Below, piece after piece: positions 28,883 through 38,941 of a stretch of 59,688 nucleotides of DNA. A program made the translations under genes and the position numbers. Source of the stretch: Clostridia bacterium (lineage in GTDB: Bacteria; Bacillota; Clostridia; Oscillospirales; CAG-272); assembly GCA_017396225.1 (NCBI GenBank), contig JAFQMP010000063.1:1-59688 (forward strand), written 5' to 3'. How positions within the stretch are numbered: the stretch's first letter is position 1; each line of letters opens with the position of its first letter. The notes beneath the pieces were generated by a model. That model was not told the origin of the DNA. It was given only the letters and a program-made list of their open reading frames with translations, and searched no databases.

Positions 28883-29926
28883 GTGGAACAGTATCTGACA
28901 AGCATCAGGGGCAACCAAGCGCTCCGCGAAAGACTCGGCGAGGAGCTGCGCAGCGGACTTTTTCCCCACGCCCATATCATTGAGGGGGCCTCGGGCTTCG
29001 GCAAGCATCTGCTTGCCACGGAAATTGCCATGTCACTCGCCTGCGAAAGCCGCACAAAGGCGGGCACGCCCCTGCCATGCGGCACCTGTCGCAATTGCAG
29101 GCGCATCAAACGGGGAAACTGCCCCGATATCATCACCGTGAGCAAGGGCGAACGCGCAACCATGGGTGTTGAAACAATTCGCACGCTGCGCGAAGGACTT
29201 GCCACCGTACCCAATGACCTCGACGTCAAGATTTACATCATCGAAGATGCGCATACCATGACAGTACAGGCGCAAAATGCGCTGCTCCTCACGCTCGAGG
29301 AGCCACCGTCCTTCGTGGTCTTTCTGCTCCTCGCCGAGGATAGCGGCGCACTGCTTGAAACCGTGCGTTCCCGCGCGCCCACACATCGCTTACAGCCGAT
29401 TGACCGCGAGACGATGCGGGATTTTCTCCTGACTGACACCGCTGCACGCGCTGCAGGTGCCGCAGGACTTGCCACCGAGCGCCCCGCAGAATTTGAGGCA
29501 CTCCTCTCCCTTGCCGCCGGCTCCATCGGCAAGGCGCTCCTTTTATTGGACGGAGAAAAACGCGCACCGCTGATTGAGCGCATCTCACGTGTGTCGGAGC
29601 TGGTCAACTGCCTGCTTGACCGCAAGGCGCCCGACCGTCTGCTCCTCGCGCTGCAAGCCCTCGGCACCGCGCGCGATGCCGTGCATGCCGATTTATCCAT
29701 GCTGCAGCTTGCCCTGCGTGACCTGCTGCTCCTCGGTCGCACGGAGCAAGCAGCCCTACTCTTTTATACCGATACGGACGCCGCCGCAGAGCTTGCGACA
29801 CGCTTTACGGGCGCCGGGATTTTTGCACTGAGTGCAGCTGTCGACAGCGCTTTGGAGGCGCTTGCCGCCAATGCCAATGTGCGCCTGACAATTATCAACC
29901 TTTTCAACCAACTTTGCACCTCATAA
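28883..29926 (+). CDS. holB: DNA polymerase III delta-prime subunit
   Basis: AAA+ fold with GASGFGKH P-loop and CGTCRNCRR zinc module; GTG start with AAAGGAG 8 nt upstream. Confidence 0.8.
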   Translation: MEQYLTSIRGNQALRERLGEELRSGLFPHAHIIEGASGFGKHLLATEIAMSLACESRTKAGTPLPCGTCRNCRRIKRGNCPDIITVSKGERATMGVETIRTLREGLATVPNDLDVKIYIIEDAHTMTVQAQNALLLTLEEPPSFVVFLLLAEDSGALLETVRSRAPTHRLQPIDRETMRDFLLTDTAARAAGAAGLATERPAEFEALLSLAAGSIGKALLLLDGEKRAPLIERISRVSELVNCLLDRKAPDRLLLALQALGTARDAVHADLSMLQLALRDLLLLGRTEQAALLFYTDTDAAAELATRFTGAGIFALSAAVDSALEALAANANVRLTIINLFNQLCTS

Positions 29927-29938
29927 AACGGAGTTTCT

Positions 29939-31369
29939 ATGGAAAAGAAAAATAAACATTTTGGAAAAAAAGAAGGCGAGCCTCGCATTTCGGTTCGTCC
30001 CGGCAACTTTATTGTTCCCGGCGAGCAGCCGACGCCGCCTGCCACATCACAGCAGAGCGCTGAACGCAGCACCGCCCCCGCAGGTGGTGAGGCGGCCAAG
30101 CGCCAGGGCAGACACCGCAACCGCAGACGTGGTCACGGTGGACACAAGCCGCAGCAGCACGGAGCACCCACACCCGAGGTGCGCACCGAGCCTGCCCGCA
30201 CACAAGAGCCCCGCCCAAGCCGTCCACAGGAGGGCGGCAAGCACACACGCCGTGACCGCGACCGCCGCGACCGCCGTCCGCAGGAAGGCACGCCGCGTAC
30301 CGAAGCACCCGCTATTTCACCCACCCTGCAGCACGAGCTTGATTTGCAATTCACCGATGCCCCCACACTTGGCTCCTTCTCCCCTGTGAGAGATGCCGAG
30401 CGCCGCATGGCGGGGAGCGCGGTGGACACCAAGGAGTTTGAGGTCGACATCGCCACTGCTGCTTATCTGATTGACGACGTCCCCTGTGGATTCCCCGCAC
30501 CCGACGGCAAGTCGGTAGAGGTCGTGGGTGTCCGCTTCCGTCGGGCAGGTAAGATATATTTCTTTGACCCGGGCAAGGAGCGCTTCAAGCTTGGTGAAAC
30601 TGCAATCGTTGATACCGCACGCGGCCCCGAATTCGGTGAGATTGCGCTCATCAATCGCAAAATGGCCGAAAAATACATCATACAGCCTCTGCGCGCCGTG
30701 CTCCGCCGCGCCACCCCCGAGGATATTGCGCACGATGCGGAGAACCGCAAAAAGGAGGCAGAGGCACTCATCGTTTGCGCCGAAAAAATTGCCGCACACA
30801 AGCTTGAGATGCATCTGGTTGATGCGCAGTATACCTTTGACAATTCCAAGCTGCTCTTCTATTTCACCTCGGAGGGGCGTGTGGATTTCCGTGAGCTGGT
30901 CCGCGACCTTGCCGGTGTTTTCCGCACCCGTATCGAGCTTCGCCAGATTGGTATCCGCGATGAATCTCGTCTGATTGGCGGTCTTGGCATGTGCGGCAGA
31001 CCCTTCTGCTGCTCCACCTTCCTTTCCGATTTTGGGCAGGTATCCGTGAAAATGGCAAAGGAGCAGGGGCTTTCCATTAACACCTCAAAAATCTCGGGCT
31101 GCTGCGGCAGACTGATGTGCTGCCTGCGCTACGAGCACGAGAGCTATGCTGCCGAAATCGCCCTGACCCCCAAGAAGGACGCACGCGTGGAGACCCCCGA
31201 CGGCCCCGGTACTGTCGTAGAAGCCGCACCGCTTTCGGGTATGGTTAAGGTTCGTCTTGACAGCGCACCCGAGGCAGCGCCCACCCCCTATCACCGCGAC
31301 ACCGTCACCGTGCTTGACAAAAAGCCCACCCGGGCAGACAGCGCGGAAACGCCCCAAGATGAGGGCTGA
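29939..31369 (+). CDS. ricT: PSP1-domain protein RicT (YaaT) with a long basic N-terminal extension
   Basis: C-terminal 280 aa is a PSP1 domain (VGVRFRRAGKIYFFD..., CGRPFCCSTFLSDF, SGCCGRLMCCLRYE); follows holB as in Bacillus. Confidence 0.8.
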   Translation: MEKKNKHFGKKEGEPRISVRPGNFIVPGEQPTPPATSQQSAERSTAPAGGEAAKRQGRHRNRRRGHGGHKPQQHGAPTPEVRTEPARTQEPRPSRPQEGGKHTRRDRDRRDRRPQEGTPRTEAPAISPTLQHELDLQFTDAPTLGSFSPVRDAERRMAGSAVDTKEFEVDIATAAYLIDDVPCGFPAPDGKSVEVVGVRFRRAGKIYFFDPGKERFKLGETAIVDTARGPEFGEIALINRKMAEKYIIQPLRAVLRRATPEDIAHDAENRKKEAEALIVCAEKIAAHKLEMHLVDAQYTFDNSKLLFYFTSEGRVDFRELVRDLAGVFRTRIELRQIGIRDESRLIGGLGMCGRPFCCSTFLSDFGQVSVKMAKEQGLSINTSKISGCCGRLMCCLRYEHESYAAEIALTPKKDARVETPDGPGTVVEAAPLSGMVKVRLDSAPEAAPTPYHRDTVTVLDKKPTRADSAETPQDEG

Positions 31370-31449
31370 TTTCACCCAAAATCGCTTGCCTTTTGGCGTT
31401 TGCTGACGGAAACGGCAGAAATTTATTTTTCCCTTTTTGAAAAAAACTG

Positions 31450-31477
31450 TTGCTTTTTCTGAAAAATATGCTACAAT
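31450..31477 (+). promoter_or_regulatory. extended -10 promoter of the ferredoxin gene
   Basis: TTGCTT (31450-31455), 16-nt spacer, TGC-TACAAT (31469-31477). Confidence 0.45.
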
Positions 31478-31520
31478 GATAGAGCAACATTGTATTAATT
31501 CTATATGGAGGTACATCACA

Positions 31521-31691
31521 ATGGCTTACAAAATTACCGACGCTTGCATTTCCTGCGGCGCTTGCCAGCCCGAATGCCCCGTTGAGGCTATCAAAGAGGG
31601 CGCAGACAAGTACGAGATTGACGCTGACGCTTGCATCGAGTGCGGTGCTTGCGAGGGTGTTTGCCCTGTTGGCGCTCCCCAGGCTGAGTAA
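31521..31691 (+). CDS. fdx: clostridial-type 2x[4Fe-4S] ferredoxin
   Basis: 56 aa MAYKITDACISCGACQPECP...CIECGACEGVCP; GGAGG RBS. Confidence 0.92.
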   Translation: MAYKITDACISCGACQPECPVEAIKEGADKYEIDADACIECGACEGVCPVGAPQAE

Positions 31692-31723
31692 TCTTTACTC
31701 CGCATAGCTGCATGCAACCAAAG

Positions 31724-31761
31724 AAAAGCCTGATTTTCAAGCTTGAAAATCAGGCTTTTTC
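31724..31761 (+). terminator. rho-independent terminator after the ferredoxin gene
   Basis: 14-bp arms GCCTGATTTTCAAG / CTTGAAAATCAGGC followed by TTTTT. Confidence 0.8.
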
Positions 31762-31784
31762 GATAACCCGAAATGAGGTTTTTT

Positions 31785-32537
31785 ATGAATGTTACCCTTG
31801 CCGCAGATGAGCGGCTCTGTGAAATAAATGAAAAGCTGAGGCTGATTCAAAAGCAAGATGCACTTGCCTTTGGCACAGATGCCTACCTTCTGTTTGCATT
31901 CCTGCGCCCCGCGCCACGTGCGCGCGCATTGGAGCTTGGCTGCGGAAATGGCGTCATTTCGCTGTTAGCCGCCACACGTGACAGGTTTTCTCGGATTGAT
32001 GCCGCAGAAATTCAGACGGAAATGGCAGCCCTGACCGTACGAAATGTAGCCTTGAACGGTCTTGCCGAAAAAATCACCGTGCATCACGCGGATATCCGTG
32101 CACTGAACTCTGCCAACCTGGGCGGCGAGATTGATGTCGTATTTGCCAATCCCCCGTATATGCGTACCGACAGCGGCGCTGCCTCACCTCGCACCGCACT
32201 GCAGATTGCAAGACACGAGTGCGAGGGCGGCATTAAGGAATTTGCCGCTGCCGCAGCAAGATGCCTGAAATTCGGTGGGCTTTTCTACACCGTCTACCGT
32301 CCCGACCGCCTGGAGAGCCTGCTTGCAGCGCTGAAGGAAGCAGGGCTTGCCCCCAAGCGTATGCTCTTTGTGCACGACCACCCCGATGCCGCCCCCAGCA
32401 TGGTGCTGACCGAGGCAAAGAAGGGCGCCGCCGAGGGACTAAAAATCCTACCACCCTTGTTTTTGCATACCGTTTCGGGAGATACAACGCTTTCCCCACG
32501 TGCCAGACGTATCTACGACACAGGGTTTATTACGTAA
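31785..32537 (+). CDS. SAM-dependent N6-adenine methyltransferase (YabB / TrmN6-like)
   Basis: LELGCGNG SAM motif and NPPY catalytic motif (FANPPYM); sits in the conserved holB...rsmI neighbourhood; ATG 31785 has a GAGG RBS, alternative ATG 31773 has none. Confidence 0.75.
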   Translation: MNVTLAADERLCEINEKLRLIQKQDALAFGTDAYLLFAFLRPAPRARALELGCGNGVISLLAATRDRFSRIDAAEIQTEMAALTVRNVALNGLAEKITVHHADIRALNSANLGGEIDVVFANPPYMRTDSGAASPRTALQIARHECEGGIKEFAAAAARCLKFGGLFYTVYRPDRLESLLAALKEAGLAPKRMLFVHDHPDAAPSMVLTEAKKGAAEGLKILPPLFLHTVSGDTTLSPRARRIYDTGFIT

Positions 32538-32542
32538 AAATT

Positions 32543-33109
32543 TCACGCCAATCCCGTAAAATCCACAATTCCCTCATAAATCCCCTGCGCAAACAACTGA
32601 GGGTTTTCATTCATCAACCTTGCATCGCGGGCATTGCTGATAAATCCAAGCTCAAGCAGAATTGCAGGCATCGCCGTGCGCTTCAGCACATAGAGCGAGG
32701 GCCTCGCAAACACACCGCGATTATTTAGCCCCGTTGCCGCCTGTAATTCGCGTAAAATATCCTCAGCAAGAGCTGCCGACACATCACCAAGCGAAAACAC
32801 AAAGGCCTCACTGCCTGTTGCCGCCGCTAATTCTGAAGCGTTGGTGTGCAGGCTCAAAAAATAATCCGCACCCCACTCATTTGCATCAGTCGTGCGCACG
32901 CGTAAGCTTGATGCATTTGAATTGCCCAACTGCGTTTCTGCCGTCGGTCGTGACAGGCGCACCTCATAATTGCCGCTCCTGCGAAGGAGCGTGGCAAGCT
33001 CCTGCCCGATACGATATACAATATTTTGCTCACGCAAGCCATTCCCCTCTGCCCCCGCATTGGGATTGACAGGATTATGTCCTTGATCAATATATATTTT
33101 GATTGCCAT
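32543..33109 (-). CDS. N-acetylmuramoyl-L-alanine amidase (Amidase_3 family)
   Basis: MAIKIYIDQGHNP...GA.GNGL.E, ...SLHTNA..., ...PAILLELGFISN motifs; ATG 33109. Confidence 0.8.
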   Translation of the reverse strand: MAIKIYIDQGHNPVNPNAGAEGNGLREQNIVYRIGQELATLLRRSGNYEVRLSRPTAETQLGNSNASSLRVRTTDANEWGADYFLSLHTNASELAAATGSEAFVFSLGDVSAALAEDILRELQAATGLNNRGVFARPSLYVLKRTAMPAILLELGFISNARDARLMNENPQLFAQGIYEGIVDFTGLA

Positions 33110-33187
33110 ACCGCGCCCCCTATCAAACTCTTTCACAATTATGCTATGCGCGTCCGGCGTCTGACGCCACGATAAAAGGAGATTCTC

Positions 33188-34054
33188 ATGCAGCAGACCG
33201 AAAAAAATCAGATAGAGCAAGGCACCCTTTACCTGGTTGCTACCCCCATCGGCAACCTTGCCGATTTGTCGGAACGTGCCAAAAAGGTACTGAATGGAGT
33301 GGATTTTATTGCCGCAGAGGACACCCGCAATACGGCAAGGCTACTTGCAGCCTTTGAGATTTCAAAGCCACTCCTCTCCTATCACGACCATAACCGCCGC
33401 GAGCGCGGTCCCGAAATTGTTGCCCGCTTACAGGCGGGCGAGGCCTGTGCGCTGGTGACCGATGCGGGTATGCCCGCAATCAGCGACCCCGGCGAGGACC
33501 TTGTAAAGCTCTGCGCCGAGGCGGGCGTGCCCGTTACTGCTGTGCCCGGCCCCTCGGCAGGCATTACCGCGCTTGCCCTCTCCGGCCTGCCCACAGCGCG
33601 CTTTTGCTTCGAGGGCTTTTTGCCCCGCGAAAAAAAGGAGCGCCGCGCGCATCTTTCCACCCTGGCAGGTGAGCAACGCACAATGATTTTCCACGAGGCA
33701 CCCCACCGTCTGCGCGAAACCCTTGCCGCACTTGCCGAGGCATTCGGCGAGGCACGCGATATTGCACTCTGCCGTGAGCTTACCAAGCGCAACGAGGAGA
33801 TTCTCAGGACCACCCTAAGCGGTGCAATCACGCATTACACCGAAACCGAGCCACGCGGCGAATACGTGCTTATCGTAGCAGGCACAGCTGAGGCCCCCGC
33901 CGCAGCATCGGAAAATCCGCTGTTATCACTTCCCCCCGAGGCGCACGTTGCATATTATGAAAAGCAAGGCATGGCACGCATGAATGCCATTAAACAGGCG
34001 GCACGCGACCGCGGCATGGCGAAAAATGAGCTTTACCGTCTGCTTCACCGATAA
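33188..34054 (+). CDS. rsmI: 16S rRNA (cytidine1402-2'-O)-methyltransferase
   Basis: GTLYLVATPIGNLADLS N-terminus, tetrapyrrole-methylase fold. Confidence 0.9.
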   Translation: MQQTEKNQIEQGTLYLVATPIGNLADLSERAKKVLNGVDFIAAEDTRNTARLLAAFEISKPLLSYHDHNRRERGPEIVARLQAGEACALVTDAGMPAISDPGEDLVKLCAEAGVPVTAVPGPSAGITALALSGLPTARFCFEGFLPREKKERRAHLSTLAGEQRTMIFHEAPHRLRETLAALAEAFGEARDIALCRELTKRNEEILRTTLSGAITHYTETEPRGEYVLIVAGTAEAPAAASENPLLSLPPEAHVAYYEKQGMARMNAIKQAARDRGMAKNELYRLLHR

Positions 34055-34146
34055 AAAATTCAACGAAACCCCTTGATTTTTAAGGGGGCTTGTGTTAAAA
34101 TCTTTTATTATATTCACTTATTCCCACGCACAAAGGAGAATTTACC

Positions 34147-35223
34147 ATGGAAAAACGTAAAGTTGGCGTCATTGGCGCAACCGGTATGGTTGGCCAGCGT
34201 TTCCTCACGCTGCTTGATAACCACCCCTATTTTGAGGTTACGGCACTTGCCGCCTCTGCTCGCTCCGCGGGCAAGACCTACCGCGAGGCAGTTGGCAGCC
34301 GTTGGAAGCTGAAAACGCCCATGCCCGAAAAATTCGGTGATATGCCGGTACACGATGCGGCAAACATCGAGGAGATGAAGGCACTTTGCGACGTGGTTTT
34401 CTGCGCCGTAGACATGAAAAAGGAGGATATCCGCGCACTGGAGGACGCCTACGCAAAGGCAGAAATCCCCGTAGTATCCAACAACTCCGCACACCGCTGG
34501 ACACCAGACGTGCCTATGGTGATTCCCGAAATTAACGATAGCCACCTTGCAGTGATTGAGGCGCAGAGAAAACGCCTTGGCACCAAGCGCGGCTTTGTTG
34601 CAGTCAAGCCCAACTGCTCGATTCAGTCCTATGTACCCGCCCTCACCGCTCTGCTTGAGTTTGAGCCCTACGAGGTTGTTGCCACCACCTACCAGGCAAT
34701 CTCCGGCGCAGGCAAAACCTTCAACGAGTGGCCTGAGATGATTGACAACGTCATTCCCTACATCGGTGGCGAGGAGGAGAAGAGCGAGCAGGAGCCCCTC
34801 CGCGTCTGGGGTAAGGTCGAGGACGGTCAGATTGTCAAGGCAGAGGGTATCACCATTACCACCCAATGCATTCGCGTGCCCGTTACCGACGGTCACACCG
34901 CGGCAGTCTTTGTAAAATTCCGCAAGAAGCCTACCCGTGAGCAGATTCTTGCCGCTTGGAAAAACTTCAAGGGCAAGCCCCAGGAGCTCTCACTCCCCCA
35001 CGCACCCGCACAGTTCATCACCTACATGGAGGAGGATAACCGTCCCCAGGCCGCACTTGACCGCGACATTTACGGCGGCATGGGCGTGACCGTAGGCAGA
35101 CTGCGCGAGGATAGCCTTTACGACTACAAGTTTGTCGGCCTTTCCCACAACACCCTGCGCGGTGCCGCAGGCGGCGCTGTGCTGATTGCAGAGCTGCTGC
35201 ATAAGCAGGGTTACTTTGACTAA
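34147..35223 (+). CDS. asd: aspartate-semialdehyde dehydrogenase
   Basis: VGVIGATGMVGQRF Rossmann motif, NCSIQ active-site Cys, SNNSAHR, HNTLRGAAG. Confidence 0.9.
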   Translation: MEKRKVGVIGATGMVGQRFLTLLDNHPYFEVTALAASARSAGKTYREAVGSRWKLKTPMPEKFGDMPVHDAANIEEMKALCDVVFCAVDMKKEDIRALEDAYAKAEIPVVSNNSAHRWTPDVPMVIPEINDSHLAVIEAQRKRLGTKRGFVAVKPNCSIQSYVPALTALLEFEPYEVVATTYQAISGAGKTFNEWPEMIDNVIPYIGGEEEKSEQEPLRVWGKVEDGQIVKAEGITITTQCIRVPVTDGHTAAVFVKFRKKPTREQILAAWKNFKGKPQELSLPHAPAQFITYMEEDNRPQAALDRDIYGGMGVTVGRLREDSLYDYKFVGLSHNTLRGAAGGAVLIAELLHKQGYFD

Positions 35224-35243
35224 TCCAACTCAAAAGCAAAAAT

Positions 35244-35275
35244 AAAAGAAGCCCCGTAACGGGGCTTCTTTTATT
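35244..35275. terminator. bidirectional terminator between asd and the NUDIX gene
   Basis: AGAAGCCCC-GTAAC-GGGGCTTCT flanked by A-rich and T-rich runs. Confidence 0.7.
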
Positions 35276-35696
35276 TGATTTGAACTGTCATACGCTGCAT
35301 TCTCTCCATGGCGGCACGAAAAACCGTTTTATCGTTTTCGTGCGTCAGGCAGCCCTCGGCCTCTTCAAGCGGCACCCACTCAACCTCGGCAATTTCCCCC
35401 TCGCGTGCCTGAATATCAGCACTGGTGGTAAAGGCAAGAAAATAAACAACCTCCTTCATAATCCCGGGGGAAGGGCTATAACTGACGGTCGAGCGAAAAT
35501 CCGACACAATCGCGATACGGGAGGAGGTTTCCTCCATTACCTCGCGCAGTGCGGTAGCATACTCGGTTTCACCCGCCTCCATGTGTCCCTTCGGGAAGGA
35601 GCGGTGACCGCCTGCCTTATGGCGAATCATCAGTATAAAATATTTCTCTTTTTCGCGGCGCACCACCAGTGCGCCGCAAGATTTTTCCCACGTCAT
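35271..35696 (-). CDS. NUDIX hydrolase
   Basis: Nudix box GHMEAGETEYATALREVMEETS; ATG 35696 with GGAGG RBS. Confidence 0.8.
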   Translation of the reverse strand: MTWEKSCGALVVRREKEKYFILMIRHKAGGHRSFPKGHMEAGETEYATALREVMEETSSRIAIVSDFRSTVSYSPSPGIMKEVVYFLAFTTSADIQAREGEIAEVEWVPLEEAEGCLTHENDKTVFRAAMERMQRMTVQIK

Positions 35697-35726
35697 TCTG
35701 AAACCTCCAACCAGCAAAGACCGTGC

Positions 35727-38510
35727 CTACTGCGCGATCTCCTCCATAACAAAGGCCTCAAGAACATCGCCAACCTTGATATCGTTAAAGCGGTCAAGTG
35801 CAATACCGCACTCGTAGCCGTCTGCAACCTCCTTCACGTCGTCCTTAAAGCGGCGCAGCGATGCAATTTTATCTTCAAAGATGACGATGCCGTCACGGAC
35901 AACACGAATCTGCGCCTGACGGGTAATCTTACCGTCCTGCACATACGAGCCTGCAATAAAGCCAACGTTCGGCACGTGAATGGTCTGACGAACCTCAGCG
36001 TGACCGATAACGTTCTCGCGGAACTTGGGTGCAAGCATACCCTTCATAGCCGCCTCAATCTCCTCGATGCACTCGTAGATGATGCGGTAGGTGCGAATAT
36101 CAACCTTCTGACGCTCGGCAGAATCAATCGCCGCCTTATCGGGACGGACGTTAAAGCCAACGATAATGGCATTCGATGCGGCTGCAAGCATAACGTCACC
36201 CTCGATGATACCACCGACGGCAGCGTGAATAACACGCACCTTGACCTCCTCACCGGAGAGCTTTTCAAGCGACTGCTTGACTGCCTCGGCAGAGCCTGCA
36301 ACGTCTGCCTTTACAATGATATTGAGCTCCTTGACACCCTCGGAAATCTGTGCGAACAAATCGTTGAGGTTTGCACGCGCGTTGGCACGGAAGGTTTCCT
36401 CCTTTGCTCTGTCGCGACGCTGATCAGCAAGGGTTCTTGCCATGCGCTCGTCTTCAACAGCCGCAAACTCGTCACCTGCCTCGGGAACCTCGGCAAGACC
36501 TACAATCTCAACAGGAACGGAGGGGCCTGCCTCCTTAACGGTTCTGCCATTGTGGTCGCACATAGTACGCACGCGACCGACTGCAGTGCCTGCAATCACA
36601 ATATCGCCATTGTGCAGCGTACCGTTCTGTACCAGCACGGTGGCAACAGGGCCGCGTCCGCGGTCAAGCTTGGACTCAATAATAATACCCTTGGCACGGC
36701 GGTCAGGATTTGCTTTCAGCTCCTTCATATCCGCAACAAGCAGTACGTTTTCAAGCAGGGTGTCAATGCCCTCTCGCTTCAGCGCGGAAATCGGCACGCA
36801 GATAATGTCACCGCCCCATTCCTCAGGAACAAGGTCGTACTTCGTAAGCTCCTGCTTAATGGCATCGGGGTTTGCACCCGGCTTATCCATCTTATTAATC
36901 GCAACAATGATATCAATTTCAGCGGCTTTGGCGTGATTGATTGCCTCAACAGTCTGGGGCATAATGCCATCATCTGCTGCAACAACCAGAATTGCAATAT
37001 CAGTTGCCTTTGCGCCGCGGGCACGCATTGCGGTAAACGCCTCGTGACCGGGGGTATCAAGGAAGGTCAGGTCGCGACCGTCAACCTTAACGCGGTATGC
37101 ACCGATGTGCTGGGTAATACCGCCCGCCTCGCCTGCCGTCACATTGGTGTGACGAATGGCGTCAAGCAGAGAGGTCTTACCGTGGTCAACGTGACCCATA
37201 ACACAAACAACGGGTGCGCGGTCCATCAGGTCCTCTGCAGCGTCCTCGCTATCATCAAAAAGCTTCTCCTCGATACTGACAACGACCTCCTTGGTTGCCT
37301 CAACACCAAGCTCGGAGGCAATCAGGAAAGCAGTATCAAAATCAATGGTCTGGTTAAGGGTAACCATCATACCCATCATCATCAGCTTCTTGACAACCTC
37401 AGCAGGCGCAATCTTCATGCGCGAGGCAAATTCGCTGACGGTAATTTCCTCGGGGATTGTGACGTGCAGCGCCTGCTTGGTGGCAGGAGCTGCTGCCTTC
37501 TTGGCAGCGCCCTTCTTGCCGGAGGTATAGGCGTGCGTGCCAACCTGCTTTTTCACACGCTGATTGCCGCCGCGCGTATCACGGACTGCATCAGGTACAA
37601 AGGTATCAAGACGCTCATCGTATTTAGAAAGGTCTACGCTCGTGCCGCGCATATCCACGACGCGCGTGCCGCGTGCCTTGGCAGAAGCCTCGGTTCCCTT
37701 GGGGGTCTGTGCGCGGGTGATAACCTGCGGACGGAACTGCTCGCGCACAACGCGACCGCCCTCGTCCTTATCTGCACCGGGACGGAATCCACCGTTCTGA
37801 CGGGGCTGCTGCGGCTTGCCACCGCGGTTATCGGGACGCGCGGGCGTACCGAAGGAGGGACGCACGTTACCCTGCGCAAATGCACCGCCACGGGGCGGGA
37901 AATCTGCGCGAGGCGCGCGGTCTGCGGGACGGTCTGCAACAGGACGCGCGGGCTGCTGCGCCGCAGGGCGTGCAGGCTGTGCCTGACGTGCGGGCTGCGC
38001 CTGACGTGCAGGTGCTGCGGGACGAGAGCCAATGGTATCACGCAGGTTCTGCGGAATATTATAGGTGCGGGGGGTAGCCTTCTGCGGCGCCGCAGGCTCC
38101 TCTGCCTTCTTGGCAGGCGTTTCTGCGGGTGCCGTTTCTTTGGAAGCGGGGGGCTCTGCTGTTGCCGTCTTCGGTGCGGACTTCACCTCGGGCGCTGCTT
38201 TTTTCTCTTCTACGGGTGCGACAGGCGCTTCGGTCTTCTTTTCGGGCGCTGCCTCAGCCTTCTGTTGAGGGGCGGGCTCTGCTTTGGGCGCAGGTGCCAC
38301 CGTAGGGATATAGGTATCACCAAAGAGATAATCATCAATATTTTTAATCTGCTTGGCGCGGGTGAGCGCGTCAAAAATGACGTCAAACTCCTTTGCGTCC
38401 AAGGTTTTCTGCGTGGTCTTACATTCCATACCGCGCGCGGTCATCAATTCTGTAATCTGTTTACTCTTGATGCCGAGATCCTTTGCTAAGCTTGTTACCT
38501 TAAATGCCAT
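35727..38510 (-). CDS. infB: translation initiation factor IF-2
   Basis: About 927 aa from ATG 38510 (AGGAGGAA RBS); low-complexity N-terminus, G-domain [21 protein letters not shown]. Confidence 0.93.
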   Translation of the reverse strand: MAFKVTSLAKDLGIKSKQITELMTARGMECKTTQKTLDAKEFDVIFDALTRAKQIKNIDDYLFGDTYIPTVAPAPKAEPAPQQKAEAAPEKKTEAPVAPVEEKKAAPEVKSAPKTATAEPPASKETAPAETPAKKAEEPAAPQKATPRTYNIPQNLRDTIGSRPAAPARQAQPARQAQPARPAAQQPARPVADRPADRAPRADFPPRGGAFAQGNVRPSFGTPARPDNRGGKPQQPRQNGGFRPGADKDEGGRVVREQFRPQVITRAQTPKGTEASAKARGTRVVDMRGTSVDLSKYDERLDTFVPDAVRDTRGGNQRVKKQVGTHAYTSGKKGAAKKAAAPATKQALHVTIPEEITVSEFASRMKIAPAEVVKKLMMMGMMVTLNQTIDFDTAFLIASELGVEATKEVVVSIEEKLFDDSEDAAEDLMDRAPVVCVMGHVDHGKTSLLDAIRHTNVTAGEAGGITQHIGAYRVKVDGRDLTFLDTPGHEAFTAMRARGAKATDIAILVVAADDGIMPQTVEAINHAKAAEIDIIVAINKMDKPGANPDAIKQELTKYDLVPEEWGGDIICVPISALKREGIDTLLENVLLVADMKELKANPDRRAKGIIIESKLDRGRGPVATVLVQNGTLHNGDIVIAGTAVGRVRTMCDHNGRTVKEAGPSVPVEIVGLAEVPEAGDEFAAVEDERMARTLADQRRDRAKEETFRANARANLNDLFAQISEGVKELNIIVKADVAGSAEAVKQSLEKLSGEEVKVRVIHAAVGGIIEGDVMLAAASNAIIVGFNVRPDKAAIDSAERQKVDIRTYRIIYECIEEIEAAMKGMLAPKFRENVIGHAEVRQTIHVPNVGFIAGSYVQDGKITRQAQIRVVRDGIVIFEDKIASLRRFKDDVKEVADGYECGIALDRFNDIKVGDVLEAFVMEEIAQ

Positions 38511-38593
38511 AGTTCCTCCTTGTCTTCCGCAGTCCGTGCGGAACACTCTTCCAAAGTTTAGGTTCTTGTGGCGTCACGCCGTGGGGCGGACGA

Positions 38594-38941
38594 TTACTGT
38601 TCTTCCTTTTGATAAAGCGCGCTGATTGCGCGCGCCAAATTCGGCTCACTGACCAGGACGGCAGCCACGCTGCCGTCCTGCTTACCCACCGCCCCTGCCA
38701 GCGCGCCGCAATCAAGCGAAAGCTCAATTGCCGTAACGCCGTAATAAGCGGTGCGGTCAACAATGCGTTTTTTGGTTGCAGCAGAGGCATCTGCCGCAAA
38801 AAGCACAACCACAGGGGTGATTTTTTTGCTGCCTGTACGCTTTTTCAGCGCCTCGCAGCAAAGCGGTACACCGACCGTCACGCGCCCGGCACGTGCGGCG
38901 AGGCCAAGATAGGCAAGCGCCTTTTTCTCATTCTCCCTCAT
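38594..38941 (-). CDS. ylxQ: L7Ae/L30e-family RNA-binding protein YlxQ
   Basis: 115 aa; LGLAARAGRV...; sits between ylxR and infB as in Bacillus. Confidence 0.7.
   Translation of the reverse strand: MRENEKKALAYLGLAARAGRVTVGVPLCCEALKKRTGSKKITPVVVLFAADASAATKKRIVDRTAYYGVTAIELSLDCGALAGAVGKQDGSVAAVLVSEPNLARAISALYQKEEQ

Noticed and set aside
28851-28898. 15-codon upstream ORF (MMTLAEKGARKWNSI) overlapping the holB GTG start
   Set aside because: No Shine-Dalgarno precedes its ATG. The AAAGGAG it contains is correctly spaced for the holB GTG at 28883. It is probably just leader sequence.
29961-30389. 142-aa alternative-frame ORF (plus minus-strand ORFs at 30009-30456) within the 5' part of ricT
   Set aside because: These are overlapping open frames in a very GC-rich low-complexity segment. 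Only the 29939 frame has an RBS, sits 12 nt after the holB stop, and continues into the PSP1 domain.
31465-31477. Identical 13-mer AATATGCTACAAT at 31465-31477 and 57505-57517
   Set aside because: Both copies are the extended -10 region (TGC-TACAAT) of predicted promoters. The shared sequence is explained by promoter consensus rather than by a repeat element.
37972-38025. Tandem 18-bp repeat units (GCAGGCTGTGCCTGACGT / GCGGGCTGCGCCTGACGT / a diverged third unit)
   Set aside because: It lies in frame inside the low-complexity N-terminal region of IF-2 ([18 protein letters not shown]). This is ordinary repeat expansion in a disordered linker, not a CRISPR or regulatory repeat.
35280-38489. 1069-aa ORF on the + strand covering the whole infB locus
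   Set aside because: It is exactly antisense to the unmistakable IF-2 gene, and its translation is low-complexity (Leu/Arg/Gly/Cys-rich) with no motifs or RBS. In a GC-rich genome, sense codons rarely use TTA/CTA/TCA, so the complementary frame stays open. It is a shadow ORF.
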